Made by a program: the position numbers and the translations under genes. From Dysgonamonadaceae bacterium (lineage in GTDB: Bacteria > Bacteroidota > Bacteroidia > Bacteroidales > Azobacteroidaceae): DNA of 64,000 nt. The notes under the pieces were generated by a model. The model made no database searches. It saw only the letters and a list, made by a program, of their open reading frames with translations, and was not told where the DNA came from. Below, one piece after another: positions 10,422 to 18,922 of this stretch; positions within the stretch are counted from its first letter, which is position 1; each line of letters starts with the position of its first letter. The stretch covers positions 7,420 through 71,419 of the forward strand of contig JAISUK010000065.1 in assembly GCA_031272075.1 (NCBI GenBank), given 5' to 3'.

Positions 10422-10457
10422 AGAGCCGACAGATGCGGTCTCATCTTTTTCGGCTCT
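10422..10457. promoter_or_regulatory. Hairpin in the FecR-susC leader
   Basis: AGAGCCGA/TCGGCTCT 8-bp stem plus inner AGATG/CATCT stem. Confidence 0.6.
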
Positions 10458-10510
10458 AAAGTTTCAGTGAAAAAACAAATCGAAATTGTTAAACTAAAAC
10501 GTTCAAAGGT

Positions 10511-10606
10511 ATGAAACGAGCAGGATTTTACCATCATCCTAGTTGATGACAATCATGTCATGCGAGTTCCATACGACCCTTTAAAAACAAATTATTGACG
10601 TATGAA
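10511..10606 (+). mobile_element. Start-codon element copy B
   Basis: gtATGAAACGAGCAGG...CATACGACCCTTTAAAAACAAATTATTGACGT-ATGAA; ATG-to-ATG 91 nt; supplies the susC start at 10602. Confidence 0.75.
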
Positions 10607-13600
10607 ATTAAATAATTCAAGTGTATGTTTTTTGTCTAAAAAAACCATAAGAACCATGAAAGTGAGTTTAATCCTGTTGATATTATCGGCTTTCACTTTG
10701 GTATCCGCCAGCGTTCTTCCACAAAATGCAAGAGTAAGTATTGATGCCCGAAATATCAAGATTAAAGAAGTGCTGTATGAGATCAAGAAGCAAACCAACT
10801 ACTCCTTTCTCTATAGCAACAAGGAACTGAATGACAACAACCGTGTTACAGTCAAGGTCGATAATGAAACGATCGACAAGGTGCTCGACATAATTTTGCA
10901 AGGTCAATCGTTATCCTACGACGTTAACGATGACATGATTGTCATCTACAAGACGGGGCGGCAGAAGAACGCTCCAACCGGCGATGCCAAATCGCCTCTC
11001 TTTGTCAACCAACAAAAGATCACGGTGAACGGCCTCGTGCTCGATCTGACGCAGGGCGACCCCATTGTCGGCGCAAATATCACAGAGAAAGGCACGAAGA
11101 ATATCACTATTAGCGACATAAATGGTCGTTTTTCTTTAGACGTTTCATCGCCCGATGCTATTTTGCAAGTATCCTATATGGGATATCAGACGGAAGAAAT
11201 GACAGTAGGCAACCGCCGAATGTTCGAGATTGCCTTGCAGGAGGATATCAAAGCCTTGAGTGAGGTAGTGGTTGTGGGTTACGGCACCCAAAAACGACAG
11301 AATATAACTGGAGCTGTATCGTCGGTCAATTTTGCCAAAGAAGCCCAATCACGGCCTGTGACATCAACGCCGTTGGCATTAGTCGGTTTGGCGCCCGGCT
11401 TGGGAATACAACAACTTTCTGCCCAGCCAGGCATAGAGAGCATGACGATACGAATCCGCGGTAACGGGACGCTTAACAACAATAGCCCTTTGGTGATCGT
11501 CGATGGTTTTGAAGCGACCATCACCAATGTCAATGCGGATGATATTGAGAGTGTTTCCATCCTGAAAGATGCGGCGTCATGTGCCATCTATGGCAATAGG
11601 GGCGCCAACGGTGTCATCCTGATCACAACCAAATCCGGCAAATCAGGACACAGCTCGATCTCTTACAGCTCCATTTTTGCTGTCAACAAACCCCAACACA
11701 CGATTGACGTCATCTCCAATTATGCCGATTATATGGAAATCATGAATGAATCGGCAGAGAATATCGACATCGCACTGCCCTTCTCCCAGTCCATGATTGA
11801 CCTTTGGCGTGAGAAGGCGAAAGACCCCAATGGCATCGCCGAATCGGGCTATCCAAATTACGTGGCTTACCCCAATGTCGATTGGATGGACTGCATCTTT
11901 GAGAACAACCTCTACCAGAAGCACAACCTGTCGGCAGAAGGTCAGACAGGCAATGCAAAATACCTTATTTCTGCGTCCTACATGGACAATCCCGGCATTA
12001 TGATGAAATCGGGGTTTGATAAAATCTCGTTGCGTGCCAATATTTCATCGAAAATCAATCATTGGCTGGAAGTCGGCGCCAGAATATGGGAATACCGCTC
12101 TACGCGAGAACTCCAGGACTTGAGTGGGGCATTTAGCTATATGTCCCGCGCTCATCCGGGCATCTATCCCTACTACGACGGGAAATACGGCAGCTGGCAG
12201 GAGAACCCCGAACAGAGCGCAAACTCCCGTAACAACCTTTATTTTGTCGATCGTAGTGATGGACAGGATAAAATTCATTATACCAATAGCGCAGTGTTTG
12301 TCAACGTCAAACTTCCATACGCCCTGAAATATAATGTGTCTTTCAACTACATTCATCAGGATGAGGATTATAAATACTACACACGCACGTTGAATACCTT
12401 CTCTTTCCGTACCGGCGAGTGGTCATACCTTTATCAAGACTTGAGCAAATTGCTTATAAGAGGTCAATACCCCAGCACCTCTCACTGGACATTCCAAAAC
12501 ACGCTATCATGGAATGCCAATTTTGCTAAACACGAGATTTCTACATTGGCCGGCTTCGAGTCGATGTATCATAATACCAGTAGCGCCAATGTTGAAAAAA
12601 ACAGTTTCCTGAATGATCTGCTCACCGAACTCAGTACGGCAACCAACATGGTGTCTATCACCGGCACTCAAACAGATTACGCCACAGCATCGCTCTTCGG
12701 ACGGGCGCAATATGCCTACGACAGGCGCTATCTGTTTGAAGTAAACCTTCGCTATGACGGCTCTTCACGTTTTGCACGAAAAACACGTTGGGGTCTTTTC
12801 CCATCCGTATCTGCCGGATGGCGCATTTCTCAGGAAGCTTTCATGAATAATTCGGGCATCGACAACCTCAAATTACGCGCCTCGTACGGAAAATTGGGCA
12901 ATCACAGCATTGGCAATTACGATTATCAGGCAACTTACGTAACGGGGAGCTACTATTCGTTTGGCGGAAAGCAAGTATCGGGAATCACATCCTCACTTTC
13001 CAACGACTTGCTTGAATGGGAAACGACCACATCAACAGATATGGGGCTTGAAATAGGGATATTAAACAACCGGCTCACATTTGAAGCCGACTATTATCAC
13101 AAATTGACAGACGGCATCCTCTATCGCGCTCCTATTTTTGCAACGGTAGGAGTCAAGTCGGCTCCTTATCAGAATATTTGCGAAGTCACAAACAATGGCG
13201 TGGAACTCACAGTCGGATGGCGGGATAAAATCAACGATCTCAATTATGGCGTTTCAGTCAATTTCTCCAGAAATTACAACCAAGTTACCAAATACAACGG
13301 TCCCTTAAAAGCGGGCTGGGTAACAGATGAGAATGGTTTCCGATCCTACCAGACCAACATCGGCGATGTAAGCACCAAAGTAGATAATATGCGACGTACG
13401 ATGGAGGGCAAAATAATCAACGAGTTTTACCTGGCTGAACCCTATCGCGGTGACGGCACTTATTTCTTCGGCGACGGATCGGTCAATCCGTCCGGCGGAC
13501 CGCGCGACGGCATGATCCGCACCGAAGCCGATATGCAATGGTTGGAAGCGATGGTTGCGCAAGGCAATACCTTCCTGCCCAATAAGACGATCGGCAAAAA

Positions 13601-14213
13601 AGGAATCTGGTATGGCGACTTTATCTATGCCGATATAAATGGCGATGGCGTGTATGGCGACGAGAACGACTACAGGTTTCAGAATGTTTCCGTAACCCCG
13701 AAATTCTACTACGGTCTCCAATTCGACATGTCGTGGAAAGGCCTTGATTTTTCGATGTTATGGGCAGGCGCCGGCGGTTTTTCCCAATATTGGAGATTTG
13801 CCGGATTCAATGCCTATTCGACACGAGCCGATCTGACGCTTCCGAAAGGGATTGCTTACGATCACTATTTCTACGATCCGAACAATCCCGGTGATCCACG
13901 AACCAATTTGACTTCGGAGCATGGCCGCTTAACGATGAACTATGGTTCGGAACAGAATGGAGGTACAAATTATACGACGCTTTGGCTTTACAAAGCCGAT
14001 TACCTGAAACTAAAAAATCTGACTGTTGGGTATACCATTCCCGGTAAGTGGCTTCGGAAAGTCGGCATGCAGGATGCCCGCGTGTTCGTCAGCGGCGATA
14101 ACCTGCTGACAAAGACCGACTACCCCGGAATGGATCCGGAGATGTCCGGCACAGACCTTCAGTTCTATGCCAACCTCAAGCAATATTCAATAGGTCTCAG
14201 TGTTAAATTCTAA
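10602..14213 (+). CDS. SusC/RagA TonB-dependent transducer
   Basis: STN N-domain, EVVVVGYGTQK, LKDAASCAIYGNRGANGVILITTK, C-terminal GLSVKF. Confidence 0.96.
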   Translation: MKLNNSSVCFLSKKTIRTMKVSLILLILSAFTLVSASVLPQNARVSIDARNIKIKEVLYEIKKQTNYSFLYSNKELNDNNRVTVKVDNETIDKVLDIILQGQSLSYDVNDDMIVIYKTGRQKNAPTGDAKSPLFVNQQKITVNGLVLDLTQGDPIVGANITEKGTKNITISDINGRFSLDVSSPDAILQVSYMGYQTEEMTVGNRRMFEIALQEDIKALSEVVVVGYGTQKRQNITGAVSSVNFAKEAQSRPVTSTPLALVGLAPGLGIQQLSAQPGIESMTIRIRGNGTLNNNSPLVIVDGFEATITNVNADDIESVSILKDAASCAIYGNRGANGVILITTKSGKSGHSSISYSSIFAVNKPQHTIDVISNYADYMEIMNESAENIDIALPFSQSMIDLWREKAKDPNGIAESGYPNYVAYPNVDWMDCIFENNLYQKHNLSAEGQTGNAKYLISASYMDNPGIMMKSGFDKISLRANISSKINHWLEVGARIWEYRSTRELQDLSGAFSYMSRAHPGIYPYYDGKYGSWQENPEQSANSRNNLYFVDRSDGQDKIHYTNSAVFVNVKLPYALKYNVSFNYIHQDEDYKYYTRTLNTFSFRTGEWSYLYQDLSKLLIRGQYPSTSHWTFQNTLSWNANFAKHEISTLAGFESMYHNTSSANVEKNSFLNDLLTELSTATNMVSITGTQTDYATASLFGRAQYAYDRRYLFEVNLRYDGSSRFARKTRWGLFPSVSAGWRISQEAFMNNSGIDNLKLRASYGKLGNHSIGNYDYQATYVTGSYYSFGGKQVSGITSSLSNDLLEWETTTSTDMGLEIGILNNRLTFEADYYHKLTDGILYRAPIFATVGVKSAPYQNICEVTNNGVELTVGWRDKINDLNYGVSVNFSRNYNQVTKYNGPLKAGWVTDENGFRSYQTNIGDVSTKVDNMRRTMEGKIINEFYLAEPYRGDGTYFFGDGSVNPSGGPRDGMIRTEADMQWLEAMVAQGNTFLPNKTIGKKGIWYGDFIYADINGDGVYGDENDYRFQNVSVTPKFYYGLQFDMSWKGLDFSMLWAGAGGFSQYWRFAGFNAYSTRADLTLPKGIAYDHYFYDPNNPGDPRTNLTSEHGRLTMNYGSEQNGGTNYTTLWLYKADYLKLKNLTVGYTIPGKWLRKVGMQDARVFVSGDNLLTKTDYPGMDPEMSGTDLQFYANLKQYSIGLSVKF

Positions 14214-14226
14214 AAACAGTCATATT

Positions 14227-14319
14227 ATGAAACGAGCATGTTTTTCAAACATCCAAGTTGATGACAATAATGACATGCAAGTTTCATACGACCTTAAAAA
14301 AAAATTATTGACGTATGAA
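14227..14319 (+). mobile_element. Start-codon element copy C
   Basis: ATGAAACGAGCATG...GTTTCATACGACC...TTATTGACGT-ATGAA; 88 nt; between susC and susD. Confidence 0.75.
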
Positions 14320-16081
14320 TAACTTATATAAAATCTTCTTGTCGTTAGTCTTGATCTGTTCGATCGCCGGATGCAGTGATTTTTTAGACCGCAATCCTTA
14401 TGACGAGGTAAGTTCAGGAAATGTATTCAATTCCGCTTCTTTAGCGGAGACTGTCGTGATTAGCGCTTACAGTAATTTACGTTACGACTACACCGGTACC
14501 GGCCGAGACCTTCTCAATTGGGATGCTTTCGCGTCGGTGATAGATCCAACCGATGCCCATATTTTTCTGAACTACAACTACCTTACAGGCGCTATACAAT
14601 CTAATGATGCCTCGTTTCTAACGTATTGGAAACGCTTCTACGAAGGTGTGTCGCGTGCCAACGATGTGATAAACAACATCGGACGTGTTCCGGACATGAC
14701 CGACGCACTCAAATCACAACGGATTGCCGAATGTAAATTTATCAGGGCTTATCATTATTATCAACTGAACTGCCGGTGGCGCGGCGTTCCTGTCTATCTC
14801 GAAAATCTCGCTAATTCGGAATATACACGTCCCCGTTCTTCGGAAGAGGAAGTGTGGAATGTGATTGTCAAGGATTTGACGGACTGCATCGACTGTCCGG
14901 ATCTGCCCGGAAAATATGCATCCAACAGCAGCGACTATGGACGTATCACCAAAGGGGCAGCCTATACACTTCGGGGCAAAGTTTACCTGTGGCAACAGAA
15001 ATGGGCATTGGCTGAAGCGGACTTCCGGGAGGTTGGAAAATTGGGATATTCGCTTTATCCCGGCAACTATGCCGACCTGTTCAAACTTGCACAGGAAAAA
15101 TGCGATGAAATGATTTTCAGCATACAAATGGAAGAACTGTCCGGTCAAGGCAATGCGTTCAGCTATACGTATGGCAATTGGATGACGGCGGGCGGCGGCA
15201 ATTCGTCGTTCTTCATGAACACAAAATTTGTGGACACATACGAATGGGCGAATGGTAAACCATTTGACTGGAACGATGTTGTTGCCGGTTACAACAGTAT
15301 GACAACTCAAGCCCGTAGCGTCTATTTCCTGCGTGACAACATTACCTCGACCGAGCAGAGCACCATGCAAATCTATGGAGCCGACATGAGCAAATACCTT
15401 TCCACAGGCAACGAAGCGCGTATCAAAGCGGCATATACCGATCGCGATCCGCGGCTCTTAGCAACGGTGATTACTCCTTATTCCACCTATTCCGGCGGTT
15501 TTTCGGGCGCTGCAATCGATTATTCGCCCAGATGGCCGTTCCGCAGCAGTTCCGCTTCGCCGTATGATCTGCAAACCAAGTCAAACAGCCACTTCCTCTA
15601 TTCGATTCGGAAGTTTGTAGCGCCGGGACGCGAATTTCTCAACATCGCTTTCAATCCGATTGATGTCCCGGTATTCCGCTATGCTGATGTGTTGCTCTGC
15701 TTAGCGGAGGCGCTCAACGAGCAGGGAAAATATCAGGAAGCCATCACTTTTATAAACCAGGTGCGAAACCGAGCAAAAATAGCTCCCCTCAACGAAGCAG
15801 GAAATGCATTTGTCGCCGTAAACAACTCCGATCAGTTGCGCCCAAGGATACGCAACGAGCGTAAATGGGAACTCGCCGGCGAGTTGCAACTATACTATGA
15901 CGAGCTCCGCTGGGGAACATGGAAGGACGACAAATTCGCCGACGGCAATGGCTTGCTGGAGGCATGGGGCACACCTGTATATTCCTATGTCTGGGGAGGA
16001 TCGGCATACCTCAAATGGCCGATACCGGCATCTGAAAAAGAAATGAATACGAATCTTGAACAAAACGAAGGTTGGAATTGA
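14315..16081 (+). CDS. SusD/RagB lipoprotein
   Basis: IAGCSDFLDRNP lipobox, AECKFIRAYHYY, FRYADVLLCLAEA, ERKWELAGE, LEQNEGW. Confidence 0.95.
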   Translation: MNNLYKIFLSLVLICSIAGCSDFLDRNPYDEVSSGNVFNSASLAETVVISAYSNLRYDYTGTGRDLLNWDAFASVIDPTDAHIFLNYNYLTGAIQSNDASFLTYWKRFYEGVSRANDVINNIGRVPDMTDALKSQRIAECKFIRAYHYYQLNCRWRGVPVYLENLANSEYTRPRSSEEEVWNVIVKDLTDCIDCPDLPGKYASNSSDYGRITKGAAYTLRGKVYLWQQKWALAEADFREVGKLGYSLYPGNYADLFKLAQEKCDEMIFSIQMEELSGQGNAFSYTYGNWMTAGGGNSSFFMNTKFVDTYEWANGKPFDWNDVVAGYNSMTTQARSVYFLRDNITSTEQSTMQIYGADMSKYLSTGNEARIKAAYTDRDPRLLATVITPYSTYSGGFSGAAIDYSPRWPFRSSSASPYDLQTKSNSHFLYSIRKFVAPGREFLNIAFNPIDVPVFRYADVLLCLAEALNEQGKYQEAITFINQVRNRAKIAPLNEAGNAFVAVNNSDQLRPRIRNERKWELAGELQLYYDELRWGTWKDDKFADGNGLLEAWGTPVYSYVWGGSAYLKWPIPASEKEMNTNLEQNEGWN

Positions 16082-16105
16082 TTCAGTTACTAAAATTTAA
16101 ATTTT

Positions 16106-17683
16106 ATGGAAAAGATAATAAAACACATCGGTTTATTGTATATTCTGCTCACTTTGTTTGCAACCGGATGCGAAAATTCATCCGACAATAACCATAGTTT
16201 GGAATACACCACCCTCACAGTTAACTTCGAGGGATCTCTGCTCAATGGAACGTGGAACGACGGCGCTCAAATCGGAATATTTGCTTCCTGCACTCGAAAC
16301 GAAGAACAGCATGTGTCAATGAGCGCCAATGTCAATGCAAAATACACCGCATCGGCAGGAGAAACGGCTCATTTATTGAAAGCATCTGATAACGACCTGA
16401 TCGTTGCAAACATGACCGACCACAATTTTCAATTTTACGCCTATTATCCCTATTCCGGCGCAATAACAAACCTGTCGAACATCGAGGTATCGGTGCCTTC
16501 GAAACAAGATTATGCCACAGGCGCTATGAATTACGGCGCTTATGTGGCGAACAAACAGGTAACAACCATTGTGCCAACTGTTAAACTCGAATTTCGGGGA
16601 TTATTCAGCCTGTTGGATCTTTATCTGCCTAATGACATCACCGACGACGACGGCCACTCTACTATCCGGTCGCTGACCCTGAAGCCGGTCGTTGCCGAAA
16701 ATTTCACCGGAACGTTGACCACCGGGGGTACTTATAATCTTGAAACCGAAACGTTTACTGAAAACCCATCCATGCAAGGTGATTCGGTACAGTTGGATTT
16801 TGGAGCCACCGGTCTTACGCTCACCGACGCTTTCACCAAAGTATCGCTCGCCGTTGCTCCATTCACCGTTCCCGTCGGCGGCATGAGCGTCGTTGTTACT
16901 GACATGTCGGGCACAGAAAAAACCGTGTCAATGCTTACCAAAGACGAGGACGCCGGAATCGCATTATCTGCGGGAGAGGCATTGACGGTCTATCTCAGCA
17001 GTGACGACGACGGCATCATCCCGGTAACTTTCCCTGTGGTTTTCCCACTTGGATCGCCCTATAATGGTGAGGCTCAGGGCGCTTTCCATGCCACCCGTCA
17101 ACCAAGATGGGTCAATGAGGGTTATTGGATCTGTCTGACCCAGTCGCAGGCATACGCTACATGGACATGGGTTTCGACATTAACGCCTGCTCCTTTTCGC
17201 GAAACCATCAACAGCGGCGTCATCAGTTCACCGGGTGTCAAAGGCATTTGGACCGGCGATTATTTCGAATTTGTCCTTCCGGTAAAAAAATTTGCGGCCG
17301 GAACGTCGGTTACAATGGAATTTCCGGTGCTCACACGTTTTGCTCCCGCATTTTGGAATATAGAATATTACGACGATGAACAGTGGAAATGCAATAAAAC
17401 AAACGTAACTTGTTTCAACCGTACGGAACAGGCCACTTTTGCGATAAACTCTTACAATGCAGGGATAATCATTGAGCACACCATGACTTTCACAAAGGCC
17501 ATCAAAAGCGGATATGTGAAAATCAGGCTCACGTGCGCCAACGGGTCTCTTTTAGTGGGCAATGGAGTGGTTGAAGAATATGCAAAACCGCACACCAATG
17601 CCGCAGGCACTGCATACGATGCTCCGTTCTATTTCTATAAGGCTTCATCGGATGTAACAAGTATCACATTTTCAGTTAACTAA
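16106..17683 (+). CDS. Fimbrillin (Mfa-like) family lipoprotein, probable surface glycan-binding protein
   Basis: Lipobox ATGC; W-x-D-G-x-x-IGIF and FYAYYPY motifs of fimbrillin-like domains; position after susD. Confidence 0.6.
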   Translation: MEKIIKHIGLLYILLTLFATGCENSSDNNHSLEYTTLTVNFEGSLLNGTWNDGAQIGIFASCTRNEEQHVSMSANVNAKYTASAGETAHLLKASDNDLIVANMTDHNFQFYAYYPYSGAITNLSNIEVSVPSKQDYATGAMNYGAYVANKQVTTIVPTVKLEFRGLFSLLDLYLPNDITDDDGHSTIRSLTLKPVVAENFTGTLTTGGTYNLETETFTENPSMQGDSVQLDFGATGLTLTDAFTKVSLAVAPFTVPVGGMSVVVTDMSGTEKTVSMLTKDEDAGIALSAGEALTVYLSSDDDGIIPVTFPVVFPLGSPYNGEAQGAFHATRQPRWVNEGYWICLTQSQAYATWTWVSTLTPAPFRETINSGVISSPGVKGIWTGDYFEFVLPVKKFAAGTSVTMEFPVLTRFAPAFWNIEYYDDEQWKCNKTNVTCFNRTEQATFAINSYNAGIIIEHTMTFTKAIKSGYVKIRLTCANGSLLVGNGVVEEYAKPHTNAAGTAYDAPFYFYKASSDVTSITFSVN

Positions 17684-17690
17684 ATACAAA

Positions 17691-17784
17691 ATGAAACGAG
17701 CATGGTTATACAAACATCCAAATTGATGACAATCATGTCATGCGAGTTCCATAAGACCTTTTAATAAAATTATTGACGTATGAA
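17691..17784 (+). mobile_element. Start-codon element copy D
   Basis: aaATGAAACGAGCATGG...CATAAGACC...TTATTGACGT-ATGAA; 89 nt; 7 nt after the upstream stop. Confidence 0.75.
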
Positions 17785-18922
17785 ACGTATCTATATTGTT
17801 TTTGTTTGTTGTGCAATGGCGGCATTGTCCGCCTGCACAACAAAAGTCCCAACGATTGAAAGATTGTCGTTCGGAAAACTGTCGACGGGTGAAGAGGTTA
17901 CGCTCTACCGTCTGAAAAACGGCAATGGTTCGTCGGTGGATGTGATTGATTACGGTTGCCGCATTGTACGGATCTGTGTGCCAGACCGCAACGGTGTGAT
18001 AGACGATGTCGTTCCGGGCTATGGCAATATTCGGGATTTTGAATTCGGAAAAGAACGCTTTTTCGGCGCCTTGATAGGTCGCTACGGCAATCGAATCTCT
18101 AACGGCAGTTTTATGCTCGACAGCCTGCATGTGCAACTGTCCCGCAATGAAAAACTGGGGGAGTATTCGGGACACCTCCACGGCGGAGAGAAAGGCTTCG
18201 ATCGCGTGATGTGGGAAGGCGAACCCGTTACGGAACAAAACCGCCTGGGAGTGAAGTTCAGGCGCATCAGTCCTGACGGTGAAGAGGGCTATCCGGGGAA
18301 TCTCGACTGTGAGGTAATCTATTGGTGGAACAAAGACAACGTTTTGAAAATAGAATACCGTGCCACGACCGACAAGCCGACCATCGTGAATCTTTCAAAC
18401 CACACCTATTTCAATCTGAAAGGTGCTGACGGCGGATATATCATGGATCATATCTTGTGTGTCGAAGCGGATAAATATCTTCCTAACACCGACCATTACG
18501 TTCCCAAAGGAACAATAGAACCGGTGGAAGGCACTCCTTTTGATATGCGCGAACCCCACCGGGTGGACTATGCCATTGATACACCCAACGAACACTTGCA
18601 AACCATGCACGGATTCTCCGTTACATGGGTTTTGCGGAATCAAACGGGAGAACTCGCAAAAGCAGCCGACTTGTGGGAACCACGTAGCGGTCGAGGCGTT
18701 GAGACATGGACAACGGAACCCGGACTGCTGACATACACCGGTCGCGGCCTTTCTGAGGCAATCGTAGGCAAGGAAGGCAAACCGCTCGAAAAGTTCGGCG
18801 GTATGCTGCTCGAAACGCTGCATTTTCCCGACTCGCCCAACCATCCGGAATATCCGTCAACAAAACTATATCCCGGACAAACCTATTATTCAACTACTGA
18901 ATTTAAATTTTATGTTAAATGA
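17780..18922 (+). CDS. galM: Aldose 1-epimerase (mutarotase) with lipoprotein signal
   Basis: IGRYGNRI, HLHGG, GYPGNL, NLSNHTYFNL, LETLHFPDSPN motifs; N-terminus MKRIYIV...LSAC. Confidence 0.88.
   Translation: MKRIYIVFVCCAMAALSACTTKVPTIERLSFGKLSTGEEVTLYRLKNGNGSSVDVIDYGCRIVRICVPDRNGVIDDVVPGYGNIRDFEFGKERFFGALIGRYGNRISNGSFMLDSLHVQLSRNEKLGEYSGHLHGGEKGFDRVMWEGEPVTEQNRLGVKFRRISPDGEEGYPGNLDCEVIYWWNKDNVLKIEYRATTDKPTIVNLSNHTYFNLKGADGGYIMDHILCVEADKYLPNTDHYVPKGTIEPVEGTPFDMREPHRVDYAIDTPNEHLQTMHGFSVTWVLRNQTGELAKAADLWEPRSGRGVETWTTEPGLLTYTGRGLSEAIVGKEGKPLEKFGGMLLETLHFPDSPNHPEYPSTKLYPGQTYYSTTEFKFYVK

Noticed and set aside
10511-10606. Element as a conserved small-peptide gene
   Set aside because: One-base indels change frame and length among copies (4, 11, 11, 11, 23, 31 aa), so the constraint looks nucleotide/structural rather than protein-level.
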